This document shows positions 36,547 through 51,328 of a DNA stretch of 64,000 nt, piece by piece. The DNA is taken from contig CM000154.2 of assembly GCA_000004695.1 (NCBI GenBank), positions 2,848,001-2,912,000 on the forward strand, read 5' to 3'. A program made the translations under genes and the position numbers. Within the stretch, counting starts at the first letter, position 1, and each line of letters starts with the position of its first letter. Under the pieces are notes generated by a model. The model did no database searches and was not told the origin of the DNA. It saw only the letters and a program-made list of their open reading frames with translations. This stretch comes from Dictyostelium discoideum (taxonomy: Eukaryota).

Positions 36547-36639
36547 TATAAATAATTATTTTTTAAATGAAAAAAAAAAATAAAAAACTTTAAAAAATAA
36601 ACAATAATTTATATATTCAAATAATAATCAAAATAATAA

Positions 36640-37782
<1,143 letters not shown>

Positions 37783-38517
37783 TTTTAAAAGAAAAAAAAA
37801 AAACAACGTTGTTGGAAATTCCTTTACCAACATAGTTAAATAAAATAAAATTAAATAAAAATTATAAAATAAAAAACAAAAAACAAAAAACTAAAAACCA
37901 AAGTATGATATGTTTTAAAAAAAAAAAAAAAAAGTCTAAACTTTACAACTAAAGTAAAAAAAAAAAAAAAAAAAAAAACCCATGGTGTTGGAAATTCCAA
38001 GACCAAATCATAATAAACATATTGTGTGAGATTAAAAAAAAAAAAAAAAAAGGTATACTTTTTGGTTAATTGAATAAATAGTAGTATTTTTTTTTTTTTT
38101 TTTTTTTTAATCCCACAGAATAATGTCTGAATCAAACCAATAAAAAATTTTTATCGTATATTTTTGAGTTCTATTTTTAAAAACTAAATTGATTTTAAAA
38201 ATAAATTAAATCATTGTTAATATTAAAAAAAAAAAAAAAAAAATGAAAAATAAAATTATAATATTTTTTTTTAAAGAAAATAATAAATATTAGATTTAAT
38301 TAAAAGTAAATAATAGTTAGTTTTTTGGGTAATAACTAAGTTGGATTTTCAAGTAATTTAAAAAAAAAAAAAAAAATTAAAAAAATATAATAAAATAATA
38401 AAGAAAACTTTTTTAAAAAACTTTTAATGATTTAAATAATAAACTTATTATTTTTTGTAATTTAATTTTATTTTTTTTTTTATTTTTATAATTTTAAACA
38501 AATTTTACATTTAATTT

Positions 38518-38584
<67 letters not shown>

Positions 38585-38805
38585 ATTTCCTTTTTTTTCA
38601 AATTTTATTTTTGGAAATTATTTTATATTATATTTTTAAAAAGAGGTTATAAATTTATGTAAAAATATTATTTTTTATTTTTATTTGGTTTTTTTTTTTT
38701 TTTTTTTTTTTTTTGAATAAATAATTTTTATTAAACTAAAAAAAAAAATAAAACATTAAAAAAATAAACAATAATTTATGTATCTAAATAATATTAAAAA
38801 AAAAA

Positions 38806-39948
38806 ATGGAAAGAGAAGAAGTTCAAGCTATAGTTATTGATAATGGTTCTGATATGTGTAAAGCTGGTTTTGCTGGTGATGATGCTCCACGTGCAGTTTT
38901 CCAATCAATTGTTGGTCGCCCAAGATATACCGGTGTTATGGATGTTATGGGTCAAAAGGATTCATATATTGGTGATGAGGCTCATTCGAGAAAAGGTTTT
39001 TTAACTCTTAAATATCCAATTGAACGTGGTATTGTTACCAATTGGGATGATATGGAAGAAATCTGGCATCATACTTTTTATAATGAACTTGGTGTTGCTC
39101 CAGAGGAACATCCAGTTCTCTTAACTGAACAACCATTAAATCCAAAAAAAAATAGAGAGAAAATGACTCAAATCATGTTTGAAACTTTCAATACTCCTGC
39201 AATGTATGTTGCCATTCAAGCTGTATTATCACTTTATTCATCTGGTCGTACAACTGGTATCGTTATGGATTCAGGTGATGGTGTTTCTCATGCCGTATCG
39301 ATTTATGAAGGTCATGCATTACCACATGCAATTTTACGTTTGGATTTAGCAGGTCGTGATCTTTCTGATTACATGATGAAAATCTTAACTAAACGTGGTT
39401 ACTCATTTACAACAACTGCTGAAAAAGAAATAATTAAAGATATTAAAGAGAAATTATCATATGTAGCATTGGATTTTGATGCTGAGATGCTAACTGCAGC
39501 CTCGTCAACAACATTAGAGAAATCATATGAATTACCAGACGGTAAAGTTATTACAATTGGTAATGAACGTTTCCGTTGTCCAGAGGCACTTTTTCAACCA
39601 TCATTATTGGCTATGGAATCTGCTGGTATTCATGAAACAATCTATAATTCAATCATGAAATGTGATGTTGATATTCGTAGATATTTATTTGGTAATGTTA
39701 TATTATCAGGTGGTTCGACAATGTTCCCAGGTATTGCAGATCGTATGAATAAAGAATTAACTGCACTTGCACCATCAACAATGAAAATTAAAATTATTGC
39801 ACCACCAGAACGTAAATACTCTGTATGGGTTGGTGGTTCAATTTTAGCCTCACTTTCGAGTTTCCAAGAAATGTGGATTTCAAAAGAAGAATATAATGAA
39901 TCTGGTCCATCAATTGTTCACAGAAAATGTTCTAATTATTTAAAATAA
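38806..39948 (+). CDS. Divergent actin paralog, copy 8 (380 aa; [22 protein letters not shown]...; altered C-terminus ...HRKCSNYLK*)
   Basis: Full-length actin fold with scattered substitutions and a C-terminal extension. Confidence 0.75.
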   Translation: MEREEVQAIVIDNGSDMCKAGFAGDDAPRAVFQSIVGRPRYTGVMDVMGQKDSYIGDEAHSRKGFLTLKYPIERGIVTNWDDMEEIWHHTFYNELGVAPEEHPVLLTEQPLNPKKNREKMTQIMFETFNTPAMYVAIQAVLSLYSSGRTTGIVMDSGDGVSHAVSIYEGHALPHAILRLDLAGRDLSDYMMKILTKRGYSFTTTAEKEIIKDIKEKLSYVALDFDAEMLTAASSTTLEKSYELPDGKVITIGNERFRCPEALFQPSLLAMESAGIHETIYNSIMKCDVDIRRYLFGNVILSGGSTMFPGIADRMNKELTALAPSTMKIKIIAPPERKYSVWVGGSILASLSSFQEMWISKEEYNESGPSIVHRKCSNYLK

Positions 39949-40714
39949 AAAAAAAATTATTTATATCAAATCTCTAAAATTATTATTATAAAATTATAAT
40001 TAGTTTTAGTCATGTTAAGAAAATTAAAAAATAAAAAAAATAAAAAAATAAAAAAAATAAAAAAAATAAAAAAATAAAAAAAAAGTACTAAATTAAATAA
40101 ATAATATAATATTGGTTTGTAAATTAAAAAGATAAATAAAATTTTTATATCTCTTTTATTTGTTTGAAAAAAAAAAAAAACGGTTTGGTGGTTATTTTTT
40201 TTACAGAAATGAAAAAAAAAAAAAATAGAAAAAAAAGGAATGATTTTCAACTAATTACATAAATAGTTGTATAATTATTTATTTTTTACAAATTTACCAA
40301 AAAAAAAAAAAAAAAAAAAAAAAGAATCAAAAAGCCAATTTCTTACTTCAAAGAAAATAATACCCTAAACAAATATTTTCGAGCATCATTGGCGACAATA
40401 GCATCATTATTGATTTTCTAAAATATCCAAAAAAAAAAAAAAAAATTAAAAAATAAATAAAAAAAATAAAAATTAAAAAATTAATTTCTCAGATATTTTT
40501 TAAAATTTCATAAACGTTTCATTCCATTTATGTCGCCTCGCACAGAACAGTGTAATGTACGTTTTTGTTCAAAACCTCAAGGTTGACTTTGATTAATTAT
40601 TATTGATTTTTTTAATTTCTGGTAATTGTCGAAAAGTCTTTGAATCGATAACTTATTAATAAAAAAAAAAAAAAAAAAAAATAAATAAAAAAAAAAGTTA
40701 AAAATAAATTTTTT

Positions 40715-40748
<34 letters not shown>

Positions 40749-40907
40749 AATCACATTTTTTAACCTCCATACTTTCACACACATAAAATTCAAATAAATA
40801 TAAATATATCTATAATTTTTATATATATATATTTTTAAACTTTATTTTTTTTATATAATAACAAAATTTTTATTTATTTATTTAATTTTAATAATAACAA
40901 TTAAAAA

Positions 40908-41540
40908 ATGATTGAAGGTAGTGGTAGTAAAACTCCAAAGAGAAACTCTGATGAAATTTCAGTCAAGAGTTTAAGTATTCATGAAGCCAATACATTATCA
41001 TCTGAACATGAACATGAAAGTGGAAATGAAGAATTAACCCTCAGTCAAATTGTTATTAGATCAGACTTTGCCAATGAATCCTCTGAAAGACAATCAAAGA
41101 TCATTTTGGATAGATTCAATCAAGGTATTGGTAAAAACTCTGCATTTACAGATTCACCAGCACTTGGTCGTGGTCTTTCACGTGTTGATGTTAGTTATTT
41201 TGTTATGGGTCATCGTAATCAAGTTGCAGAGTTATATGATCCACGTGGTCAACGTTTCAGTACTGTATTAACACCAGATCCAACTGTTAACATTAAATAC
41301 GTTGGTCCAGTTTCAAAGACTGCACACTACTTTGGTGCCTATGGTAAACATGTCTTAAACGTTCCAGCTGGTCATTATGCTAAAGCATTCTCAAAGAATA
41401 GACCAGTTCTCTATGGTGAAGGTCCACATGTTATCATTGATCCAACTTTCCAATTTGATGAAAATAATGGTTTTGTTAATCAACAAGAACCATTCATTGA
41501 ACATTCAACTATTAATATTCTTAGAATTCCAGCTGGTAAA
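40908..41540 (+). CDS. Vacuolin/flotillin-like SPFH (band-7) protein, exon 1
   Basis: ATG at 40908, GTAAGT donor at 41541. 211 codons. Confidence 0.7.
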
Positions 41541-41626
41541 GTAAGTAAAAATTTTAAAAATAAATTAAAATAATAATAATAATAATAATAATAATTAATA
41601 ATATTTTAATTATTTAATTTTTTCAG

Positions 41627-41806
41627 ATTGCAAAAGTTTGGATTGGTACTCAACCACATATTTTAGAATCACGTCGTGATCCATATGTTTTTGTTGATGC
41701 TCAATTTAAATTAGTTTCACCTGATGGTGCAAAAAAAGCACAACTTTTTGAAAGTTCATCTTGTACCTTTGTTGAACATGGTTCAATTAAACGTATTATT
41801 CCACAT
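41627..41806 (+). CDS. Vacuolin/flotillin-like protein, exon 2 ([34 protein letters not shown]...)
   Basis: TTTTCAG acceptor and GTATGT donor. 60 codons in phase 0. Confidence 0.7.
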
Positions 41807-41886
41807 GTATGTATAATAATTTTTTAAAAAAAAAAAAAGTTTAAATTAAAAAAATATGTTAATTTTATTTATTTTATTTTAATTAG

Positions 41887-42870
41887 ACTGGTGAAGTTGC
41901 AATTACATATAATAATGGTATTTTAACAATTATTCCAACACCAAAAGATGGTAAACCAGTTATTATTGATTCACCAACTCATAACTTTGAAGGTTTTATT
42001 AGTACAAGTTTACAAACTTGTTTATTCCCATCAAAGGAAACTAAACAACAAGCATTGGCAGATAACAAATCAGCATTGGCAGATGAAATTAATTTAAAGA
42101 TTTTCCAAACCAGAGATTCACTTCGTGTTGGTGTTGTATTGGTAGTTGCATTTAAAATTGTTGACCCAGAACTAGCAATTACTAAACTTGGTAAAGAGGG
42201 TATTATCAATCATATTGAGAATGTTTCATTCGCTGATATGGGTAAAGCAATTCAATTGAGTACTTTACAAGAGATTATGTATTTCAATAGTATTAAACCA
42301 GGTCAAGCCACCAATGATGATAGTGTTCAAACCATTCAAGATCGTGTAAAGAGTCATTTGGCTAGAGATTTATTCGATTATGGTGTTGAGTTATCACGTT
42401 TACAAATTGAAACTATGAAAGTTTTAGATACTGAAATCGCAAAGAAACTCGCTGGCCAATCTGTCACCTCTGCAGAGTTTACCACTAAACAAGCAACCCT
42501 TGTCAAAGAGTATGATATTAAAACCACTGAAGCTCGTCTCAAGGCTGAAACTGATAATATCGCTTTGGAACAAAGAAATAAAGCTATCATCTCTGAATCT
42601 CAAGCTAAATTATCCTCTGCTCAAAGAGAAGCTGAATCTTTACTCATCACTGCTGAGGCTCAAAAGAAAGCTTCTGAATTACAAGGTGAACTCTACACTA
42701 AATATCCAATTCTTGCTGAAATCGAATTGGCTAGAATTAAAGCTGAAGCCCTCAAAAATGCCACCCTTTACATCACTCCTCAAGATGCTGGTGCTTTCAT
42801 GAATTCTCCATTGGTTTATTTCGATAAAATGATGAATGCTAATAATACTATTCAACAAAAAAAGAATTAA
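41887..42870 (+). CDS. Vacuolin/flotillin-like protein, exon 3 (SPFH core [19 protein letters not shown]...; C-terminal EA-rich coiled coil ...[24 protein letters not shown]...)
   Basis: TTAATTAG acceptor, in frame with ORF 42055..42870. The total is about 599 aa, the size of a Dictyostelium vacuolin. Confidence 0.7.
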   Translation, partial: TGEVAITYNNGILTIIPTPKDGKPVIIDSPTHNFEGFISTSLQTCLFPSKETKQQALADNKSALADEINLKIFQTRDSLRVGVVLVVAFKIVDPELAITKLGKEGIINHIENVSFADMGKAIQLSTLQEIMYFNSIKPGQATNDDSVQTIQDRVKSHLARDLFDYGVELSRLQIETMKVLDTEIAKKLAGQSVTSAEFTTKQATLVKEYDIKTTEARLKAETDNIALEQRNKAIISESQAKLSSAQREAESLLITAEAQKKASELQGELYTKYPILAEIELARIKAEALKNATLYITPQDAGAFMNSPLVYFDKMMNANNTIQQKKN

Positions 42871-43659
42871 AATATTTTAATTTAAAACATTAAGAATTAA
42901 AAAAAAAAAAACAAAAAAAAAAAAAAAAACAATACTTTTATTGTTTCATAATTTTCCAAACATTTGTATTTTAAAAAAAAATAAAAAAAAAAAAAAAATT
43001 TCAATCTTTTTTTTTAAAACTATTTCTGGTTTCCTTTTTTAAGCTTGGTTTTTTGTTTTTATTCTTTTTTTTTTTTTTTTTTTTGTTTTTAACAATGATT
43101 TAATTTAATTTATTTTAATATGAATTTAGATAAGAGCGCAAAATGATATAAAAAATGAATGCAAATCATTCTATTTTTTTTTTTTTAAGAATTTAGTTAT
43201 TTATCATTCATTTTTTAAAAAAAAAAAAAATTAATATTAATTGTGAAAAATATAAAAAATAAGATGGAGTGGATTTCCAAAAAAAAACACTTTTTTCTGA
43301 AAATGGACAAAGGTAAAACGACATTTTTATTTAATTTTTTAATTATATAAAGGGAATTTAAATTAAAAAAAAAAAATATATTAAACGGTTGTTAGAATTT
43401 GGAATTTTAAAATTTCTAGGAATCCATTAATTTTGCGCCTTTTTTATTTTTTTTTTGAATTTTTATTTTTTTTCAATTTTTTTTATTTATTTATTTTTTT
43501 TTTTTATTTTTTTTATTTTTATTTTTTTTTCTCATTTTTAATCCATACACATACATTCATTTTATTTAAATAAAAAAATATAAAATAAAAAAAAAAAACC
43601 GAATTTTAAATTTGTATATATATAAAAAATAAATAAAAAATAAAAAAAAAATAAAAAAA

Positions 43660-44033
43660 ATGTCAATTAATCGTGGATGTTTAACAAATATTATTAACGT
43701 TGACCAAACTAAACGTTTTCAAAATATTGATTGTAGAGTTCAAGTTATAAAAACAAAACAATCTTCAAGTAATAATTTAGAAATTCATTTATCAGATCAA
43801 GATCATATTTTTGTTGGTATTTCAAAGACTGATCCATCAAATATTCCAATCAATTCAATTGTTAACCTAAGTGATTTCTCTATAAACTTTCCAAAAAGAT
43901 TCCTTAATATCGTTCAATTCAATGTTATCTCTCAAGAAAAAGAAATTAAAACCGCACAAGGTAAAGCTTTAACATATCACTCAGTATATAAAAAAACAGA
44001 TGGCAATAGTCAAAACAGTAATCAACCACAACC

Positions 44034-44068
<35 letters not shown>

Positions 44069-45699
44069 CAAGAGCAAATACAACAATGGGCTCAAATAGT
44101 GGAATTGCATCAAGAGGTAATCCTTTAGCAAATCAAAGAAATCAAGCAGGTGCAATTAGATCAAATAATAATTTTGGTGGTAATAGTAATAATAATAATA
44201 ATAACAATTATAATAACAACAATAATAATAATAATAATAATAGTGGTGGTGGTTCAAATAATTTTTATGCAGATTTATCAACACAACCAATTACAGATAT
44301 TGAAAGTATAGCACCTGGTATGAATGTTCAATTTACAATCAGAGCAATGGTTAGAAATAAACAACCATTAAAAAGTTGGAATAAGGGAGCCAATGGTGAA
44401 GGTAAACTTTTTAGTATGGAATTGGTAGATAGTACTGGTGAAATTAAATGTGCTTGTTTCTCTGATAGTTCAAATCCAAACAACTTTATCAATGCACTCT
44501 ATGATTGCTTTGAAAATGGTAAAGTCTATTTCATTCAAAGATTCTTTGTTAAAAGTGCAAACAAATTATACAATACACTCTCACATCAATCTGAACTCAG
44601 TATCAACTCTGAATCAAGAGTAATGATTAGTCCAGATCAAACCCAATTCACTCCACATTATAATTTCAAAAAGATTGCTGATATTGAAAACTTGGAAAAG
44701 AACGACACTGTCGATGTTATTGGTGCCATTACAAACATTGATCCAATCGCCAATCTCACTAGCAAACAAGGTAAAGAATTCACCAAATTTGGTATCACCA
44801 TCGCCGATGACACCAATGCCAGTATCAATGTCGTTTTTTGGAATGAAAAAGCCACTGAAGTTGCACCTCAAGTAAAGGTTGGTGATATCATTGCAATGAA
44901 GGGTGTAAAAGTTTCCGATTTCTCTGGTAGAACACTCTCTTATAGTTTTGGTTCATCCTTTGGATTGAATGATGAACAACTTCAAGAAACCAGTAATCTT
45001 CGTGCACATTTACAAAACTTTGATGTCAATTCTCTTCAATCACTTACCATTGCAAGTTCCTACACCCAAAGTTCCTATGAACAAGTTAATCTTCCAATCT
45101 TTTTAATCAGAACCATCTCTGAAGGTTCACCACTCTTCATTTCAGATCCAAAAACAAATAAAAAACTCTATCGTACAATCGGTCAATTCCAACGTGTCGT
45201 TCCTTTAAGTCAAGCTGGAGAGATGGACAAAGGTGATGAAATCTCTTCCAAAATGGAATGGAAATATAAAGCATGCAAAAAATGTAAAAAATCTTGTCCA
45301 GAAGGTAGTTGCCCACAATGTGGTTCAGATGATTGGGAATATGCTTATCGTATGAGTTTGAAATTATCCGATGGTGATGATGCAATCAGTGTTGAGGTAA
45401 TGGGTAAAACTGGTGATAGATTATTTGGTAAAAGCGCTGCAGAATTATATCAAATGAATCAAGAACAAATCAATGAAATCTTTAACACTGTACTTAGTAA
45501 CAATTATGTTGTTTCACTTGCCCCAAGCTCTTATATGGGTAGCAATGGTCAAACTTACAACAGATTCAATGTCTATGATTTTGCAAATCTCTATGATACA
45601 CCAAACAAACTAGTTTCTGGTCCAAATCCAAATGCTCCAAATCAATTCCAAAATTATATTGAAAGTAGTTTTAATGATTGTAGATTATTTAATGAATAA
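43660..45699 (+). CDS. rfa1: Replication protein A large subunit (RPA70), single exon, 679 aa
   Basis: OB-fold DBD-A/B/C architecture with the C4 zinc ribbon (CKKCKKSCPEGSCPQCGSDDWEYAYRMSLKLSDGDDAISVEV...) characteristic of RPA1. Confidence 0.85.
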
Positions 45700-45953
45700 A
45701 TAAATAAATAAATAAATTATATAAAAATAAAAAATAATAAAAAATATAATATTTTTTTTTTTTTTTAATTAAATTATTTTATATAAATCAACTTTCAAAT
45801 TATTCTAATTTCTAATTAATTTTAGTTTATTTTTTAATTTGATAAATATATATATTTTTTTATTTTTTTTTTTTTTTATTTATATATTTTTTTTTTTTTT
45901 TTTTTTTTTTTTGAAAGAAATCATTTAACTCATTCGCCCATTAAAGTATTAAT

Positions 45954-47089
45954 TTAATGTTGAGATGCTCTGATTGCTTCTAAAATTTCATCTTTAGCTT
46001 TTTGAATTTCCTTTCTAACTTCAGTTAAAATTTCTTCTTTGAGTGATTGTAAATCTTCATTGGCTACAGTTGATGGGAGTGGAGCTGATAAGGATGGTGA
46101 AGGTGGTTTGTTTGCAGCAGCTGTTTTAGTTGCTGGTTTACTGAATGATTGTGGTGGTTTGAAAGATGTTGATGATGGGGTTGGTGCTGGAGTTGGTGCT
46201 GGAGTTGGTGCTGGAGTTGGTGCTGATGATTCTTCTTTTGGTTGAGATGCTGCTGCCTTCATTTTGGCTCTCTTGGCCATAACTTCGGCCATTAAATCAC
46301 CACCGCCACCACCACCGCTAGATTTTGGAGCTGGTGCTGGTGTTGAACCGCCTGATGATGGCTCTGATCCAGCATTGCTGGCAGCTGAATTTGCAGATGG
46401 TGTGGTTTTTGTTGGTACACCAGCGCTTTTATCAACTGTAACTGTCTTTTTAAGTCCACCCTTTGAGAAATTTTCAATTGAACCTAAAAGGGCATTTCTT
46501 CCAGTACCGCCACCTGCGGCTGGTGGTTTTGGAGCTGGTGGTGGTGGTGGTGGACCTGGTGGTTTTGGTGGAGCTGGTGGGGCAGCTGGTGGAGCTGGAG
46601 CTTGTGGAGCAGCAGCTGGTGCTTGTGGTGGTGCGACTGGTGCTTGTGGTGCAACTGGTTTAGCGATAACGGTGGATGGTGGTCTTTGTGGTGGTTGTTG
46701 TGGTTGTGGTGGTTGTTGTGGTTGTGGTTTTGGTACTTGTGGTGGTGGTTGTTGTGGACCACCTTTGAGGGATCTTAAAACATTTTCAAAACCTCCACCA
46801 AAGGTATCTGCATCTTGTTTACTTGTAAAGTTGATACCAAAATGAGTACGTTGATCAGTGAATTGATGGAAAATTTCAGAGGCTCTACTATAGACAACTT
46901 CACTCTTTACTGCAAAATTAATTAAAAAGTTATTTGGATCATCACCTGCTCTACCAATTACTCTGTAAGTGTTTGCGCCTGAATTAAAATACATTTGAAG
47001 TGTGGCTGGTACATTTGATGATGGTACCCAATTTCTAGTTTGTGGACTGTATGTAAAAACTTGTCCTGTTGCATTAAAAATTGCTGTTT
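45954..47089 (-). CDS. vasP: VASP (Ena/VASP family), main exon: EVH1 domain, Pro-rich (PPPPAPKPP...) region, EVH2 with G-actin-binding motif (GRNALLGSIENFSKGGLKKT) and tetramerisation coiled coil. It contains an apparent +1 frameshift near 47038
   Basis: The frame from exon 1 gives M-SETAIFNATGQVFTYSPN* (compare human VASP MSETVICSSRATVMLY), hitting TAG at 47035-37. The rest (QTRNWVPSSNVPATLQMYFNSGANTYRVIGR...) is in the neighbouring frame and continues into ORF 45954..46994. Confidence 0.7.
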
Positions 47090-47236
47090 CACTATAAAGA
47101 ATTTATTTTAAAAAAATAAAATTTTTTTTTTTTTTTTTTTTTTATTATCATTAATATCTTTTTTTTTTTTTGGTTTTTGGTTTTTTTTTTTGATTACCAC
47201 AAAAAAAAAAAATTCTATTAAAAAAAAAAAACTTAC

Positions 47237-47241
47237 CTCAT
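47237..47241 (-). CDS. vasP: VASP exon 1 (ATGAG; Met plus the first two nucleotides of the Ser codon)
   Basis: caacaATGAG|gtaagt. The donor is followed by a 147-bp intron and a TATAG acceptor at 47090-91, giving M-S-E-T-A as in other VASPs. Confidence 0.6.
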
Positions 47242-48094
47242 TGTTGATTACTATATATATTATTAAAAAAAAAAAAAAACTTTTTTTTTTTTATTTATTT
47301 AATAAAGGGAAAAAAAAAATGACTATTATTAATACAAATCCAAATACAATTTATTTTATTTTTTTTTTATAAAAAAAATAATTTTAGGGGGAACTTTAAA
47401 TAAAAATCCAAAAAACTGTGTGTTGTGAAATTATATTTTTTTTTTTCTTTTTTTTTTTTTTTTGTGTGGATGGATGTTAATATGATTTTTTAAAAAATAT
47501 ATAATTTGGGAAAAAAAAAAAATATATATATAAAAAATATGTAAATATATTGGATTGAATAACACAACAACAAAGTTTTATAATTTATTAAAAAATAAAA
47601 AAAAAAAAAAATTTAAAAAAAAAAAAAGAAAATTAAAAAAAAAAAATTAAATAAAAAAAAAAAAAAAATAAAAAAAAAAAAATTTGGGGTTGAGCAAACA
47701 GTTTGGTTTTGTTTGAAAAAAAAAAAAAAATAATAAAAAAAAAAAAATTGATCGAGATTGTGTGTTAATAACTGCGCGATATTTTATCACATTTCTATGG
47801 GAAGCTTATCAGATTTACATTGTTGTTATTATTGGATAAATAATTCTTAATTTTTTGTTTTTTTATAAAAAAAAAAAAAGGCGAATGTTTTTTTTTTTCC
47901 TTCTTTAATATTCTTTTTTCCATTTTAATAATTTAAATTTTATAAATAAATGAACAAAAAATAAAAAAAAAAAAAAAATAAAAAAAAAATAAAAAACATT
48001 GTTTTTGATTAAAAAAGAAAAAAAAAAAAAAAGTTATTTATTTTTTTATTATTATTAATATTATTTTTAAATTTTATTTTTAGTTTAAATAATT

Positions 48095-48732
48095 TTATTT
48101 TTTTAATTTTTTATTTCTATAATGTTTAAATTCTTGAAAGATACCAGCAATGATTGGGAAACAAACTGGTACGAATAGTGGAGTATAAACAGCATACTTA
48201 TGTTCATCAGGGAAATATAATTGAGAAAGCATATTCTTATCAAAGAAAGCGGATTCAGAAGAGGCTAATGATTGCTTTGATGCTTGTAATGCACAATTAT
48301 AATCAGATTGTTCAAGACATTGATGTGCACGACCTAAAGATTCGATTGCTACTTTTACTTGATCACGAATATTATCCAAAACCAACATATTTGGTAAACT
48401 TTCAATCAATGAACTTAAACTATATAATGTTGATATTGATACATTGATATTCTCTGCTGTATATCTCTTTATGGTTGAATCAATTTCATCATTACTTAAA
48501 ATAATATCTTTTTCTAAATATTTCTTTTCTTTTTTTTCATTATTTTTGTTGTTGTTTTTATTATTTTCATTATTGATACCTAATAATTCTTTTAATTGAT
48601 ATTTAAATGAAACCATTTGATCCTCTAATTCATTTGTTAAATCAATTGGACCATTATTATTTTTATTTTTATTATTATTTACATTATGAATTATAATACC
48701 GCCCCATTGTGGAATTAAAAATGAATTACTAT
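48095..48732 (-). CDS. pigS: GPI transamidase component PIG-S, exon 4 (...SESAFFDKNMLSQLYFPDEHKYAVYTPLFVPVCFPIIAGIF...)
   Basis: The C-terminus matches human PIGS ([38 protein letters not shown]). TTATTAG acceptor. Confidence 0.8.
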
Positions 48733-48733
48733 C

Positions 48734-48790
<57 letters not shown>

Positions 48791-48808
48791 ATTAATAAAG
48801 GGTATTAT

Positions 48809-48845
<37 letters not shown>

Positions 48846-48876
48846 CAAAACAAAATTAAAAAAAAAAAAAACATAC

Positions 48877-49143
48877 TTTGATTTGAACGAATATATAATG
48901 GTGATTGAGTTGTTTTTGGTATGTATATGATAAAATTTAAAGTTGGTTGATTTGTAGATGGAGTATCTAATTGCCATTCATTTGGATTGATATACTCTGA
49001 AAGGAATGCAGATGGAATATAATAACTATTCTCTTTTGAATCATAAAGTGGTGATTTTAAAAGTGTTGCATAATGTGAAATTTTAGATTGAACTGTAAAA
49101 TTTGCAATATCTGATATTTGCTCAATAAATGGTTGAATATATT
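48877..49143 (-). CDS. pigS: PIG-S exon 3 (YIQPFIEQISDIANFTVQSKISHYATLL...LNFIIYIPKTTQSPLYIRSNQ)
   Basis: Matches the human [26 protein letters not shown]...LNFLLYVPELAHSPLYIQD region. GTATGT donor. Confidence 0.8.
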
Positions 49144-49247
49144 CTATATAAATTTTTAATTATTATGAATTATGAATTATTATTAATTATTATTATTTTT
49201 ATTTTTTAATCTTTTTTTTTTCAAATGTATAATTATTTAGTATTTAC

Positions 49248-49428
49248 TATTTGAAAGGTAAGGGAAATCCCATTTTGGTATGATATCAGATGGATCAGAA
49301 TTTAATAATGTAAATGATAAACTATATTCTGTTGCTGTTTTAACTTCAATATCATGTTGAATTGGTCCAACTTGATTAAAGAGTTGTTTAAATAATGGCC
49401 ATTTGCTTTGTGTGATATTATCTTTTAA
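49248..49428 (-). CDS. pigS: PIG-S exon 2
   Basis: AATTAG acceptor and GTAAAT donor. Open frame in phase. Confidence 0.7.
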
Positions 49429-49526
49429 CTAATTAGTATTATTTATTGATATTAGTATATGTGGTAAAAGTTTTTATTATTCTCTTTTTTTTTTTTATTG
49501 GAATAGGTATATATATATAAACTTAC

Positions 49527-49664
49527 ATTATAATATTCATTTATTTCTGTAAAATCTACATTTGATCTATATGTAGTTGTAGTATTCCACCAAACCGGTA
49601 TACCTGCAATAAATAATAATACAAATGTAATTACAATATTAACTCTTTTACTTTTACTAAACAT
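49527..49664 (-). CDS. pigS: PIG-S exon 1 (MFSKSKRVNIVITFVLLFIAGIPVWWNTTTTYRS...; N-terminal TM with the conserved GLPLWWKTTExYR motif)
   Basis: Matches the human PIGS N-terminus LGLPLWWKTTETYRASLP. GTAAGT donor at 49521-26. Confidence 0.8.
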
Positions 49665-49911
49665 TATATTTGTATATTAATATATATAATATTTTACAAA
49701 AAAAAAAAAAAAGACAAAAAAAAAAAAAAAAAGAAAAAAAAAAATAATAGAAAACAAATTCTGTAAATTAAAAAATAAAAAAAAAAAAAAAAAATTTTAT
49801 GAAGTTGTTGGGGAAACCAATTTTTTTTTTTTTTTTTTTTTTTGAGATTTTTTTTTTTTATTTTCATTCTTACATGATACTTAGGTATCATTATTATTAA
49901 TATTAGAATTT

Positions 49912-49949
<38 letters not shown>

Positions 49950-49973
49950 AAAAAAAATAAAAATTCAATTATA

Positions 49974-50595
49974 ATGAATAATAATAATAATAATAATGAG
50001 GGGGTGTCATCATCATCATCATCATCATCATCGCCACTACCAAATATTTCATCACCAAATTTAATATCAAATTCAAATATAGAGAATGATATTGAAATTA
50101 AAAAAAAAAGTAATAATAATAATAATAATATATTTGAAGGTGATAATTCACATATTTATAATCAATTTTTAGGAGAAGATTTTAATGTTGTACATTATAC
50201 AAGTAATGCATTAAAAGTATCATCAATTTCATTATCATTGAATACATTAACTTCATGTACAAGAGAGTTGGGACAAGAGTTAACAGAGAATATAACAACA
50301 AATTATGATGATCTATTTAAGTTAGCTAATAATATCAAAGAATTGGATCAACTAACAGATACTTTGAAATTGGGTGTTTCAAATTTGGAGGAATCAATTC
50401 AACGTATGAAAAACGATATATCAGAACCCTACAATAAGGTTAAATCTCATATTGGCCAATTAAAACGTGTTCAAGATTCTTGTGAATTATTACGTAAACT
50501 AATTCGTTATATTCAATTAGTTAAAAAATTAAAAAATCATCTTCAAGCTGGTAGTAGAGATTTATCAAAATCTGCTCAATGTATAAATGAAATTA
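49974..50595 (+). CDS. cog5: Conserved oligomeric Golgi complex subunit 5 (COG5), exon 1
   Basis: FLGEDFNVVHYTS...EPYNKVKSHIGQLKRVQDSCELLRKLIRYIQL...GSRDLSKSAQCINEI is colinear with human COG5 (FLNEDFDVKTYTS...[30 protein letters not shown]...GSREITKAAQSLNEL). Confidence 0.8.
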
Positions 50596-50678
50596 GTAAT
50601 CTATTTAAATTAATATATACAAATAATAAAATAATAACTAATAAATAATATTAATAATATTTTATATTTTATTTTCAG

Positions 50679-51037
50679 ATTTATTAAAAAAAGATAGTGA
50701 TTTAACAGGAATTAATATAATTGATTCGCAAGTAGTTTGGATTAAAACATGTAGTGATCAAATTATAACTATATCATCAACATTATTATATCAAGGTATG
50801 GAGAATCAAAATCAAACTGATGTTGCCAATTCATTACAAGTATTTCATAATATGACAATACTAAATGAAAAAGTTTATTCAATAGTAAATTTAACAACTG
50901 AAAAAGTTATTAAAAATATAAAAGCATTATTAAATGTAAATAAATTAATTGCAGATTTACCAAAAACAACGATAACTAATAATATAAATAATAATAATAG
51001 TAATAATAATATAACAACCAATAATAATAATAATAAT

Positions 51038-51074
<37 letters not shown>

Positions 51075-51246
51075 TAATATCAACATCAACTGATAAATCA
51101 ATTTGGTTAAAATTTGAATCATTAATTGATACACTTTATTCATCATTAATACAAATACTTCATTTACAAAGAGTATTACTTAAAATTAAAGACCCATTAA
51201 CTCATAAATCATTAATGGAAGTTTTATTAATAAAACAACATCAATT

Positions 51247-51328
<82 letters not shown>

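Noticed and set aside
46039-46845. Several Gly/Ala-, Val/Leu- or His/Gln-rich ORFs on both strands.
   Set aside because: They are alternative frames of the GC-richer proline-rich (CCA/CCT)n region of VASP. The real frame is the minus-strand EVH1/EVH2 one.
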